This document shows, in pieces, positions 7,933-16,600 of a stretch of 20,000 bases of DNA. The notes below the pieces were generated by a model that saw only the letters and a program-made list of their open reading frames with translations, did no database searches and was not told the DNA's origin. Location: the IMG/VR virus record IMGVR_UViG_3300046616_000384. One strand, written 5' to 3'. This DNA comes from an uncultured virus (IMG/VR IMGVR_UViG_3300046616_000384). Lineage: Duplodnaviria > Heunggongvirae > Uroviricota > Caudoviricetes. A program made the translations under genes and the position numbers. How positions within the stretch are numbered: position 1 is the stretch's first letter; each line of letters starts with the position of its first letter.

Positions 7933-8554
7933 CCTCGTCCTCCCCGAGCGCCTCTTTGGCGGCCTGTTGTGCGTAATCGTAACCAATGAGGCCCCAGCAG
8001 GAGTCCCCCTCGGCCCACTCCTCGAAGGGCTCGTCCTCCTCGTCGTTGTCGTAGACCTTGGTGCCGGTGACCTTCTCCTCCACGATCCAGCCGTACACCT
8101 CGCCGTTCATCCATTTGCCCAGCTCCTCGACGGTGCCGGCAATGACCTTCTCAGGCTCGATGCCCTCCCACTGCTCGGCGTCGGGGCTGAGGTAGGCCCA
8201 GCCGATCATGCCGGAGTCCCACTCTGCGTGCTGCGCCCGGCCTATAAAGGAGCCGGTACTCAGGGCCACGCCAGAGTGCTCGTACATGTAGACCGGCACC
8301 GCCTCCACGTTGTGGAAGATCTTCAGGTACCGGGCGAAGGCCCCGCCCAGGCCCCTCTCGTAGAGCCGGTCGTGCTCGTGCTGGAACCTGGCATTCTCGG
8401 TGCGGACGTTCCAGCTCCGCAGGTCGGGAGTGACGATCTCGACCAGCTCGTCGAACTCTCTAGGGTCGGAGGCGGAGCCGTCATCGTCGTACTCAATCCG
8501 CACTCTGCGCGTGCGGTTCTTGTTGTAGATGGTGTCCACTGTTTCAGTACTCAT
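7919..8554 (-). CDS. Conserved phage/MGE hypothetical protein (YEHSG...WDSG..G...GEVYG...DSCWG family)
   Basis: Recognisable motif series, acidic, AAAGG RBS. Confidence 0.75.
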   Translation of the reverse strand: MSTETVDTIYNKNRTRRVRIEYDDDGSASDPREFDELVEIVTPDLRSWNVRTENARFQHEHDRLYERGLGGAFARYLKIFHNVEAVPVYMYEHSGVALSTGSFIGRAQHAEWDSGMIGWAYLSPDAEQWEGIEPEKVIAGTVEELGKWMNGEVYGWIVEEKVTGTKVYDNDEEDEPFEEWAEGDSCWGLIGYDYAQQAAKEALGEDEDGTA

Positions 8555-8635
8555 CGTGCTTACCTTTCTGCATTGTTGTATTCTCTAGGGGTGTGCAATA
8601 GTTAGTCGTCAACCGTTTTTCCGGAGGGGTCATAA

Positions 8636-9574
8636 GTGGCTAAGAAAAAGATCATCGTCAACACGGCGCACGTCGTCATGCTTGAGAAGCCGTCGAAGCT
8701 GGTCGAGCTTCACGCCAAGGAATTCAGCATCGACCTGAAGGTCCAGCGCATCCTCAATGAGGCACGTGCCGACGCCATGGCCGACAAGTTCCAGCCCCAT
8801 GCCCTCGGCATGGTCACCGCCTCTAAGCGAGAGGACGGTCACGTTTATTTGCTGGACGGCGCGCACCGAATCTCTGCCGCCCGCAAGGCTAATTACGAGG
8901 GGCTCATCGCCACCCGCCTGTTCGAGAACCTCACCGTGCAGGAGGAGGCGGAGCTGTTCCTCTCGCTGAACTCCTCCCGTGCAGTCCAGGCCATTGACCG
9001 CTTCAAGGTCCGCATCACGCAGGGCGAGCCGGTCGCCGTCGGCATCAACAACGTGCTCAAGGCCTACGGCCTGCACGTCGAGTGGGCCAACAACGAATCC
9101 CTCGGCGTCATCTCTGCCATCGCCGCACTGGAGCACGTCTACCACGGCGCCGGCGTCTGGAAGAAGGGTGACTACCCCGACCTCGTCGACAAGGTCATCC
9201 GCTCCCTGTACCGTGCGTACGGCGAGAAGGCCGAGCGTGCCACGTACTCCAAGATCATGCTCGAAGGGCTCGGCATCTTCTGCGCCAGCTTCGGTGCACG
9301 CATCGACTACGACCGGCTCCAGTATGTGCTGGAGGGCACCGTGCCCCGCCAGATTGCGGTCCAGGCACGCACTCTGCGCGATGCCCGCGGCAAGAAAAAC
9401 GCCGCCGGCCTCGGCCGTGCCGCCGCCGAGGTCATCCACCAGATGTACAACCACCGCTTCAAGGCCAAGCTGCCCGAGTTCGGTGCCGTGGACGTGCTCA
9501 ACGCCCTGCCCGAGGGACCGGCCTACGACCAGGACCCCCTGTACGTGGACGCCAACCAGTACGTCACCGCCTAG
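8636..9574 (+). CDS. ParB/Sulfiredoxin-like (DGQHR-type, DUF6551-like) protein
   Basis: 'ID.KVQR.LN....MA..F...ALG.VT.SKREDGHVYLLDGAHR' N-terminal domain, GGAGG RBS, strong GC3 codon bias on the + strand. Confidence 0.75.
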   Translation: MAKKKIIVNTAHVVMLEKPSKLVELHAKEFSIDLKVQRILNEARADAMADKFQPHALGMVTASKREDGHVYLLDGAHRISAARKANYEGLIATRLFENLTVQEEAELFLSLNSSRAVQAIDRFKVRITQGEPVAVGINNVLKAYGLHVEWANNESLGVISAIAALEHVYHGAGVWKKGDYPDLVDKVIRSLYRAYGEKAERATYSKIMLEGLGIFCASFGARIDYDRLQYVLEGTVPRQIAVQARTLRDARGKKNAAGLGRAAAEVIHQMYNHRFKAKLPEFGAVDVLNALPEGPAYDQDPLYVDANQYVTA

Positions 9575-9597
9575 CGGGACCACAGGACCGGGGCGCA

Positions 9598-9792
9598 TCA
9601 CCCTCCCTCGGGTGGTGCGTCCCTTTGTGCTTCGGCATCCGTCAGCGTGTCCCCGTCCTGGGGGTCGGCAGTGGTGCCCACGTCAGCGCCGGCAATGATG
9701 CACTCGGACCGGCCGGTCCTGTTGTGCACCCACTCCCTACCGCTGCCGTTGTAGGCGAACGTGATGCCCTGGCCGCAGTGACGGCACCTCAT
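9598..9792 (-). CDS. Small Zn-ribbon hypothetical protein
   Basis: CRHCG...WVH...C motif. Start directly abuts the upstream stop. Confidence 0.6.
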   Translation of the reverse strand: MRCRHCGQGITFAYNGSGREWVHNRTGRSECIIAGADVGTTADPQDGDTLTDAEAQRDAPPEGG

Positions 9793-10125
9793 CTAGATCA
9801 CCTGGTCCAGGGACAGCAGCGTCCGCGCCAGCATGTCGGCGTAGACGTCGGACTCCTCGAAGTGGACCACCTCCACGTCAGGGTGGCCCCGCTTGGGGTA
9901 GGTCACCTTCACCGTGTAGGTGTCGGACGGGTCCAGGATCACCCGCACCCGCATCACCCGCTTGTTGTGCTTGTCGTCCAGGATCCTCGCCCGGAACGTC
10001 AGCGTGTCGTACTCCGGTGCCTTCACGTGCACCCGGTCCGCCATCAGGTCGGTGGCACCCAGGGACATGAACACCCCCGGGGTGATCTGTTGCCGGATGG
10101 TCTCCGGCACTTGGGTATTACTCAT
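9793..10125 (-). CDS. Conserved phage hypothetical protein
   Basis: 'TIRQQI...F.SLGA...LTF...V.V.L..SDTYTV...VYAD.L' pattern recurrent in phage early genes. GGAGGAG RBS. Confidence 0.7.
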   Translation of the reverse strand: MSNTQVPETIRQQITPGVFMSLGATDLMADRVHVKAPEYDTLTFRARILDDKHNKRVMRVRVILDPSDTYTVKVTYPKRGHPDVEVVHFEESDVYADMLARTLLSLDQVI

Positions 10126-10402
10126 TACTCCTCCTTGCTTCCGTTTTGTCGGCACAGTCGCCGCACTCTCCGTCGTACCCCTCGCCGTCGTCCAGCAGGG
10201 CGTCATGACAGGTCCGGCACAGCTCGTCCGTGGCCCACTCGCCCAGCGCATCCGCAAGGAGCTCGGCCAGGCCCTGCGTGCTCTCCAGCTGGCTCACATG
10301 GGCACCGTACTGCCGGTACGTCGGCTGCCCTTCGGAGTCAAACCGGAGCGTCAGCTTCCTCTCCTCGCCGCCTATCAGGATGGTCGCGTTGATCTCCATC
10401 AC
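10118..10402 (-). CDS. Hypothetical protein with C-terminal CxxC...DDGEGYDGxCGxC Zn finger
   Basis: Motif seen directly. GTGA overlap. Confidence 0.65.
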   Translation of the reverse strand: MMEINATILIGGEERKLTLRFDSEGQPTYRQYGAHVSQLESTQGLAELLADALGEWATDELCRTCHDALLDDGEGYDGECGDCADKTEARRSNE

Positions 10403-10641
10403 TCCTCCTCCTTGCTTTCCAGTTCGGTTACCTCGGTGATCTCACGCTCGGTGCACCCCCCGAAGGCCATGGTCAGCGCCTTCTGGTCCATTTCGAGGAT
10501 GACGTCGGTCAGCTTCTCCTTGAGAATGCCCTCGGCGTCCTCCTCAATGTCGTCCGGGCCCAGCTCCAGATCCTCGTCGGGGATCTCGATGTCCGCCTCG
10601 AACTCCTCGGTGTGGTACCACTTCACTCGGAACAGTGCCAT
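10399..10641 (-). CDS. Highly acidic small protein
   Basis: 27 of 80 residues are D/E. TAATG coupling with GGAGG RBS. Confidence 0.7.
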   Translation of the reverse strand: MALFRVKWYHTEEFEADIEIPDEDLELGPDDIEEDAEGILKEKLTDVILEMDQKALTMAFGGCTEREITEVTELESKEEE

Positions 10642-10970
10642 TACCTCCCCCTTCCCTCGATCAGGTCCAGCAGCTCGCGGCCAAGCTCCTTGGGCAGGAT
10701 GATGCTCTTGACCTGCTCCCGCTCGGCATCCTCCGTGACAGCCCGCAGTCGGGCGACAGCTTCAGTCTCGTAGGTCTCCGAGTACTTTGCGGCCAGCATG
10801 GTCTGCACGTACTGGTCCAGGCCCGGTGCCGTGGCAATCTTCACCCGCACCTGGGCGTCGGTGAAGCCCAGCCTCGCGCCTGCGGCGTGGAACCGGCCAA
10901 GCGCCTCGTTCAGGCACCAGTCGACCGTGTCGGCCACCCACGTGTCGTGCCATTCGTCAGGTCTAACCAT
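10641..10970 (-). CDS. Hypothetical protein
   Basis: TAATG coupling, GGAGGAG RBS. Confidence 0.65.
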   Translation of the reverse strand: MVRPDEWHDTWVADTVDWCLNEALGRFHAAGARLGFTDAQVRVKIATAPGLDQYVQTMLAAKYSETYETEAVARLRAVTEDAEREQVKSIILPKELGRELLDLIEGRGR

Positions 10971-11392
10971 TACTCCTCCTTTTTCTTTGGTGTCAGCAGG
11001 TCGATGGCCTCCTCGATGCGGGCCACCTGGTCCCTGCGGTTGGCCGTGGTTTCCATGTTGCTCTCCCACGATAGATCGTCATCCGGGTCATCCTCGGCCG
11101 GGATGATGTACTCCAGCAGCTCGTTGGACCAGTTCTCGGCGGCGTCTACCAGCACGGTGATGGCCTCGGCCCGGGTCAGCTTGCGCCGCTTGGGCGGCAG
11201 CTTCCAGCCCTCCTGGTAGTCGTAGCACGCATCACCGTCAACGGTGAGCCGGTATAGACTCTCCCGCAGCGGCTCCTCCTTCAGCCCCGTCAGCTCCTGC
11301 AGCTCGTCGAACGGCAGAGGCTTCTTGTCCCGCAGCCATGCCAGGACGGCGGCGTCCCGCCTCTGCTCCCAGTAGGTCGCCTCCTCAGTCAC
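10970..11392 (-). CDS. Winged helix-turn-helix DNA-binding protein with acidic C-terminal domain
   Basis: 'AVLAWLRDKKPLPFDELQELTGLKEEPLRESLYRLTVDGDACYD..GWKL' fits a wHTH pattern. Confidence 0.65.
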   Translation of the reverse strand: MTEEATYWEQRRDAAVLAWLRDKKPLPFDELQELTGLKEEPLRESLYRLTVDGDACYDYQEGWKLPPKRRKLTRAEAITVLVDAAENWSNELLEYIIPAEDDPDDDLSWESNMETTANRRDQVARIEEAIDLLTPKKKEE

Positions 11393-11631
11393 GTCTGGTC
11401 CTCCAGCTCCACCGTCAGGGGCTCGTTGAAGTAGCCCTTCAGCACGTAGCCACCGTCGTCCCGGCGCTCGATCCAGAGCGTGGCCACGGTGCTGTCTGAG
11501 TCGTCGAAGTCCACTCGACCGTAGTCGTCAGGCTCGGCAGGCCGGGGCTCAAACTGCCCGGCGATGCCGTCCTTGACCCACGGCATGGGCTCCAGCCGCT
11601 CACCCGTGTCGTATGGTGTCAGTCTCCTCAT
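11389..11631 (-). CDS. Hypothetical protein
   Basis: ATGA overlap, GGAGGAAG RBS. Confidence 0.65.
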   Translation of the reverse strand: MRRLTPYDTGERLEPMPWVKDGIAGQFEPRPAEPDDYGRVDFDDSDSTVATLWIERRDDGGYVLKGYFNEPLTVELEDQT

Positions 11632-11897
11632 GCTTCCTCCTCCTTGGCGTAGCGGACCAGCTTGACCTCGGCCGCACACTTGCAGCCCAGGCCGCAGTCG
11701 GCCCGGCGGACGGCGACGGTGTGGCCGGTGAGCAGGTCGGTGGCCTCGCGCCACTCGTCCTGCTGGGTGACGGTCGGGTCGTCGAGCCGGACCAGCGCCC
11801 GGCCCATCTCGTCCCCCTCGAACGCAGTCAGCGCGATCTGGGTGAGCTGGTCGACCGGGTAGAGCGTGCGCTCACCAGCGGCGGCATCAATTCTCAT
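11628..11897 (-). CDS. Hypothetical protein with CGLGCxCAA motif
   Basis: (GGA)n RBS before ATG 11897. Alternative coupled start at 11924. Confidence 0.65.
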   Translation of the reverse strand: MRIDAAAGERTLYPVDQLTQIALTAFEGDEMGRALVRLDDPTVTQQDEWREATDLLTGHTVAVRRADCGLGCKCAAEVKLVRYAKEEEA

Positions 11898-11920
11898 GCC
11901 TCCTCCTCCTCCTCCATCAC

Positions 11921-12190
11921 TCATGGCCCCTCCGGTTGGTGTCCATCGTCATCCCCTTCCTCCTCGTCGTGGCCGTCGTGGCCGGGCGCGCCGTAGTCTG
12001 CCATGCCGCACGAGCAGCCCCTCACGTCCTCCTCCTCCTCCTTGTCGTCCAGCCCGAACGCCGCCGCAACCGTGTGCGTCAGGTCATTGAGCACGTCATC
12101 CTCCCACTTAGGGGTGACGTTTACGCCCATCTCGTGGGCCAGCGACGTGAGCACATCGTTGATCCGGTACAGCGGCTCCTCGTCAGCCAT
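11921..12190 (-). CDS. Acidic hypothetical protein with CSCG...GHDGH metal-binding motif
   Basis: AGGAGGAGG RBS. Motif seen directly. Confidence 0.65.
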   Translation of the reverse strand: MADEEPLYRINDVLTSLAHEMGVNVTPKWEDDVLNDLTHTVAAAFGLDDKEEEEDVRGCSCGMADYGAPGHDGHDEEEGDDDGHQPEGP

Positions 12191-12210
12191 ACATCCTCCT
12201 CCTTGTTCTC

Positions 12211-13386
12211 TCAGAGTGCGAAGGCCAGTTCAAGCGCCTTCAGCGATTGTGCCTCCATGTCGGCGGCCTTGTCAGCGTCACGGGTGGTCTGTGCCGCTGC
12301 CGTGACAGCCTGCATCACGCCGCCGGCGGTGAACTGCCCGCCCTTGACGAATGCGTTGAAGATGGCGTCCTGCTGTTCCTGGTCGAAGGACAGCTTCTTC
12401 GCCACCACGCGGACGTCCTCGACGTCCTCGATCTTCTTGCCCGCCTTCTGCTCCATCTCCCGGATGACCCGGACCATGTAGTCCTTGTCGAGGAACGTGG
12501 CCACCGCATCACGGGCACGGGCCGTGACCAGCGCCAGCTGCTTGTCGATGGTATCCCGGGACCAGTTGATGACCCCCTCGTCCATCTTCCCGCCGAGGTG
12601 GACCGCCTTCATGGCATCCCTGGCAATCGTCATGCCGTTGGAGCACACCTGGACGATGATCCGGGGCGTGACAGAGAAGGACCCGTCACCCGTCTCGGAG
12701 TTGGAGAGCACGAACCCGGCAAAGACCGTCGGGTTGTCGGTTCCCGTCTCTCCGGAGAAGGGGGAGCGGTAGCCCCTCAGCAGCTCCGGCGCCAGCGCCT
12801 GCACCTCCGGTGCCTTGATGCGGACGTACATCCTCCGGTCGGTCAGGTCGCACCCCTCGATCTCGACGTGCACACCTGCCTGCCGGATGCCGTCCAGTGC
12901 CGCAGTCAGGGCATCCAGATTGTCCATGATGGCGAACCTGTCCGATAGAAGGGCGCGGGCAATGCCGTGTCCCCCATCATCTCCCCGGAAAGCACGCACC
13001 AGGAAGCTCCGGCCGTCGGGCTGGATGAGCTGGACGCTCGTCCCTGCCGTCTTGTCGTAGCGGCTCAGCCCTCGGAGCAGGCCATTGGCGTTCTGGTCGT
13101 AGAGGTCAGGGCGCTCGTTGCGCATGAACCTCACGTACGCCAGCGGGATGCCCAGCTTGGACGCCACGCCTTCATCGAAGACGGCGGTCGGCAGGTAGAT
13201 CCCGTTGACGTCAGTCACGCCGCTGGCATCGAACACCGGGTCCATGCCGGAAAGCACAAGCCTTCCGTCCCTGAACCTCAGCTTCTGCGCCGGGGCGACC
13301 ACATCGAGCTTCCGTGCGTGCTGCTCCATCAGAGCATCGCGCAGGTCACTCAGGCCCGCATTCCGGGCCTCGGTTATCAGTGTCAT
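12211..13386 (-). CDS. DUF932-like phage/plasmid protein
   Basis: 391 aa. 'ARALLSDRF..MDN', 'LTDRRMYVRI', 'AGFVLSNSETGDGS..V.P.....VCSNGM' are characteristic of this family. Confidence 0.75.
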   Translation of the reverse strand: MTLITEARNAGLSDLRDALMEQHARKLDVVAPAQKLRFRDGRLVLSGMDPVFDASGVTDVNGIYLPTAVFDEGVASKLGIPLAYVRFMRNERPDLYDQNANGLLRGLSRYDKTAGTSVQLIQPDGRSFLVRAFRGDDGGHGIARALLSDRFAIMDNLDALTAALDGIRQAGVHVEIEGCDLTDRRMYVRIKAPEVQALAPELLRGYRSPFSGETGTDNPTVFAGFVLSNSETGDGSFSVTPRIIVQVCSNGMTIARDAMKAVHLGGKMDEGVINWSRDTIDKQLALVTARARDAVATFLDKDYMVRVIREMEQKAGKKIEDVEDVRVVAKKLSFDQEQQDAIFNAFVKGGQFTAGGVMQAVTAAAQTTRDADKAADMEAQSLKALELAFAL

Positions 13387-13429
13387 GTTGTTCCTTTCTG
13401 TTTGTCCCCTGTGTTGGGTCTGTGTTAGC

Positions 13430-13852
13430 TCACCACCACGCCCAGTAGACGTAGACGGCGGATGGATCCCAGTGCTCCAGGATCTCGGTGAACTCCTTCA
13501 GTTCCGTCTCGATGTCGCTGAAATACCACTCGTCGAAGTCGGTATTGCCGAAGAAGAATCCAGCCTGCGTCGGCAGGAGCACACCGGCCTGCGAGTGGTC
13601 GTCCCTGACCTTGGTCAGCCGTTCCACCAGACGCTCGATGTGCTCACGCTCCAGCGGCAGGTAGGCGCAGTTCTCAACCTCGCCGACCTCACCCTCCATG
13701 TAGCACTGGATGTGGTTCTCCTTGCGCCCGGTCCAGAGCTGCACCTCATCGTCGGGGGCGGGGTACGGCGCCTCATGGTCGCCTTCCTCCCAGTTCCGGA
13801 TCAGGGCATAGGATGCCCGGCTCAGCCGGCGGACTGCTTGATCAAGTCCCAT
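13430..13852 (-). CDS. Conserved phage hypothetical protein (MGLD...RK.N.I...LLPTQ.GFFFG...DEWY family)
   Basis: Recognisable motif series. AGGAGG RBS. Confidence 0.8.
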   Translation of the reverse strand: MGLDQAVRRLSRASYALIRNWEEGDHEAPYPAPDDEVQLWTGRKENHIQCYMEGEVGEVENCAYLPLEREHIERLVERLTKVRDDHSQAGVLLPTQAGFFFGNTDFDEWYFSDIETELKEFTEILEHWDPSAVYVYWAWW

Positions 13853-13873
13853 TGCTTACCTCCTGTTGTTGTT

Positions 13874-13933
13874 CCGTGCTGACTGCACGTGACCCCCGGC
13901 GGATCTCTCCACCGGGGACCATGCGCCTTCAGT
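13874..13933 (-). repeat. 60-bp intergenic hairpin element, copy 1
   Basis: 54/60 identical to 15460-15519. Long stem capped by a GAGA tetraloop. Confidence 0.85.
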
Positions 13934-14160
13934 TAGTCGACGCGACCGCCTCGGGTCCATGCCCGGGTCTGGCCGGAGCGGGCGATACCCGCCACCTGGC
14001 CGCCGAACCGTCCCCGGCTCGTCCCTGCCGTCACCTTGGCCACCTTGGTGGTGGCGCACGATGAAAGCAGGATCTCGTCGGCCAGCTGGTCGGCGTCAGG
14101 CCGGTCGAAGTCCGGCAGAACCGGGGCGACGACGGGTGCTTCAGTGAGTGCTACGGACAT
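13933..14160 (-). CDS. Small protein with acidic N-half and Arg/Gly-rich C-half
   Basis: AAGGAG RBS, fills the gap between two conserved genes. Confidence 0.6.
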   Translation of the reverse strand: MSVALTEAPVVAPVLPDFDRPDADQLADEILLSSCATTKVAKVTAGTSRGRFGGQVAGIARSGQTRAWTRGGRVD

Positions 14161-14199
14161 TTGTTTCTCCTTCTGGTTGGGTACTGCATCTTTTTTTGG

Positions 14200-15435
14200 T
14201 TACCGCCGGACGACCGAGTCGGGGACGGTGTTCTTGATGATGAGGTGCCACGTCTGGCCGTCTCCCAGCTTGCGGGCGACGTGGTCCTTCTCACGGCCGA
14301 TGGGGTCGTGGTACAGCTGGCCCCTGGCGAGCGTTGAGCCATTGGGCATCCGTGCCACCTCTGTGGCGCGGTGGTTGGTGCCCAGCAACATGGCGCGGGG
14401 CTCTTGACCCCGTTCGCGCATCTCGCTGCGCTTCTCGAAGGCGGCCCCCATCTTGCGAAGGGTGCGCCTGTCGAATGATGGTGCGGCGATAGCGAAGATG
14501 TCACCCTGCCTGCTGATCTTGCGGCCCATCTGCTCGGCCAGCAGGACCGGCTCGGGCTTCAGGAACTCGTAGGCTTCAGCGACGGTGGTTGGTTTCACCC
14601 TTGGAGGCATCTCGGCGAAGAAATACAGCGGCATCGGCTCCTGATGGTCGAAACCTGACAGGAAGTAGGCCCACCGGTGGTGTTCCTTGCCGTCCTCGGT
14701 CTTCCACGTCACCTTGGCATAAATCAGGGACTCTCCCAGCCAGTGGTGGTGTGTCTCCCACTCGTACACCGTTCCCTCATCGGTGTTGGTGACGGTGATC
14801 TCGGGAGACCACGTGCGCCTGTTGGTCCGGAGGACCTGCTTTGTGCCGACCTTGCGCTGCTCGAACTTGGCCCATTCGGGGAAGTCATCCACCGTGTACT
14901 TCCTGCCGCCGTGGCGGCCGTCGTACCATGGAAACTTCTTCAGCCACGCGGCCCGCTCCTCGCGGGTCAGCTCGAAGCTCTGCATGATCGGCTCGTTATG
15001 CCAGATGGCACCCGATGGGAACTCCTTCGTCCGGTGGTGGATCTCCTCGTTCCGGTCCGGGAGCACGTCGATGATCTTGATGGAGTCAATCTCAACGCCG
15101 GACTCTTCCAGAGCCGTGAACGGGATGATCACCTGCTTGCGGCCGACGAGGTGGTTGCGCACCCACGCCTGATGCGTTGTGGTGCCGCCCCCTCCCCAGC
15201 CCCAGCCGCCGCCCCCAAAATTGAAGGGGACTCGCAGCTCGTCTCCGTTGAGGATGTAGTGGGTGACCTTGCCGCTCTTGTTCTTGATCGCTCGCACCAG
15301 CTCAAAGTTGCGGTCGAAAGCATACAGCCTGCCGTCGTACACGGGGATGCGTGGGTTCCACAGATGCTTCTCTGCGGCGCCTTCGGTGACGTCCACCCAC
15401 CTCCTCGCAACGTCTGAGATGGTGTTACTTCCCAT
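14200..15435 (-). CDS. Hypothetical protein with C-terminal RQGD...H...H...H domain
   Basis: 411 aa, AAGGAGGAG RBS, Gly-rich segment GGGGWGWGGGG, 'RQGDIFA' motif. Confidence 0.75.
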   Translation of the reverse strand: MGSNTISDVARRWVDVTEGAAEKHLWNPRIPVYDGRLYAFDRNFELVRAIKNKSGKVTHYILNGDELRVPFNFGGGGWGWGGGGTTTHQAWVRNHLVGRKQVIIPFTALEESGVEIDSIKIIDVLPDRNEEIHHRTKEFPSGAIWHNEPIMQSFELTREERAAWLKKFPWYDGRHGGRKYTVDDFPEWAKFEQRKVGTKQVLRTNRRTWSPEITVTNTDEGTVYEWETHHHWLGESLIYAKVTWKTEDGKEHHRWAYFLSGFDHQEPMPLYFFAEMPPRVKPTTVAEAYEFLKPEPVLLAEQMGRKISRQGDIFAIAAPSFDRRTLRKMGAAFEKRSEMRERGQEPRAMLLGTNHRATEVARMPNGSTLARGQLYHDPIGREKDHVARKLGDGQTWHLIIKNTVPDSVVRR

Positions 15436-15459
15436 TGCTCCTCCTTTTTTGTTGGGATG

Positions 15460-15519
15460 CCGTGCTGACTGCACGTGGCCCTCAGCGGATCTCTCCGCTG
15501 GGGACTATGCGCCTTCAGT
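15460..15519 (-). repeat. 60-bp intergenic hairpin element, copy 2
   Basis: 54/60 identical to 13874-13933. Overlaps the TGA stop of the upstream gene. Confidence 0.85.
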
Positions 15520-15808
15520 CCTTGTAGCCGGACGGACCGATGTTCATCCACTCCAGCGCCATGTTCACCTGATCGATGCCGCTGGAGGCCTCCTGCAGCA
15601 TCTCTGAGATCGCGCCCCACTGCTGCTCGGGGATGGCGTAGGCTCTCGGGTTGATGGACCCGCTGGCCGCTGTGAACAGGCCGTAGCCGTGCGTGATCAG
15701 CACGGCCGCCTCCAGCTTCTCCAGGGGACTCATCTCCGGAACCGAAGCCGTGGCGATGATCGCTTTCATCAGCGACTCAGGCAACGGCTTCTTGATCTGT
15801 TCGGTCAC
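15515..15808 (-). CDS. Hypothetical protein
   Basis: GTGA overlap, GGAGGAGG RBS. Confidence 0.65.
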   Translation of the reverse strand: MTEQIKKPLPESLMKAIIATASVPEMSPLEKLEAAVLITHGYGLFTAASGSINPRAYAIPEQQWGAISEMLQEASSGIDQVNMALEWMNIGPSGYKD

Positions 15809-16086
15809 TCGCCCACCTCCTCCAGCTCATGGCTCATGAGCCAGAAGATCCTCGGCCCTTCGGGGTCCCATGCCCACGCGGGGAGCAGGAGCAGGATGAT
15901 GTCGTTCTCATCCGTCCTGTCGATCTCCACGCGGTACTGGGTGATCCGCTCGCCCTCGTCAGACCACGACTCGCCGACCGTGACCACGGTGCCTGTCAGG
16001 CCCACGTAGTCCGGCGCGCTGTCGTACCTGCTGGGTACGCATCGCACCCTGGCCCCTACGGCCAGTGTCTCAGTGGTTGTACTCAT
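15805..16086 (-). CDS. Hypothetical protein, possible SH3/KOW-like barrel
   Basis: 'VGARVR....G.TGTVV.V.....YRVEID' pattern. AAGGAGGGAG RBS. Confidence 0.6.
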   Translation of the reverse strand: MSTTTETLAVGARVRCVPSRYDSAPDYVGLTGTVVTVGESWSDEGERITQYRVEIDRTDENDIILLLLPAWAWDPEGPRIFWLMSHELEEVGE

Positions 16087-16162
16087 GCTCCCTCCTTCTC
16101 CGATCTCCATAGAACGGCTGGCAGGCAGGGCATCTCAGCCCTGCCCGCCCGTCGGCCTGTGG

Positions 16163-16510
16163 TTACTCTCCTTCCTCGTCGATCATCATGCGCTCCAGCA
16201 TGGCGCGCTCCTCGAAGCCCTGGGCGTCGGCGCGTATGTCAGCCATCATCAGCAGGTTCATGCGCCAGACGACCTCGTGCTCCTCTAGACCGTCCTCGTG
16301 GGTCCGGATGTTCGCCGGGTTTGACGGGTCTGCGCCGAAGGTGACCACCCGCGCCATGTAGTGGCCGCAGTCGCTGAAGTACGCGACGTACAGGTCAAAC
16401 CCTGCATGCGGGAAGGACATCTGAATGGCGAGCCCGGAGGCCGCGTTGGCCCGGAGGTGGGCCAGCGTCTCCTCAGCGGTGCCCGTGGCCGTATCTCCTT
16501 CGTGTGCCAT
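16163..16510 (-). CDS. Hypothetical protein
   Basis: AAGGAG RBS before ATG 16510. Confidence 0.65.
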   Translation of the reverse strand: MAHEGDTATGTAEETLAHLRANAASGLAIQMSFPHAGFDLYVAYFSDCGHYMARVVTFGADPSNPANIRTHEDGLEEHEVVWRMNLLMMADIRADAQGFEERAMLERMMIDEEGE

Positions 16511-16600
16511 GTTCCACTCCTTCTCTGTGGTTCTGTGGACGGTCCACAAAACTCATGACAGGCCGGGAAGCTCCCGGCCTGCCATGCGCCCGGTGGTGTG

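Noticed and set aside
8630..9601. 323-aa minus-strand ORF, and similar long antisense ORFs (247-1071, 5917-6594, 12247-12948, 14677-15417)
   Set aside because: These are shadow ORFs of real high-GC genes on the opposite strand, with no RBS or recognisable motifs.
11898..11916. (GGA)n microsatellite and recurrent poly-Glu C-termini
   Set aside because: Explained by Shine-Dalgarno sequences of coupled downstream genes.
13933..14160. RiPP precursor (SSCATT segment after an acidic leader)
   Set aside because: No modifying enzyme, protease or transporter gene nearby.
13874..15519. Possible known ribozyme (hammerhead CUGA, pistol-like AGGGCCACGU) or CRISPR repeat
   Set aside because: No CUGANGA/GAAA core or pistol pseudoknot is seen. 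Only two copies 1.5 kb apart, separated by genes rather than spacers.
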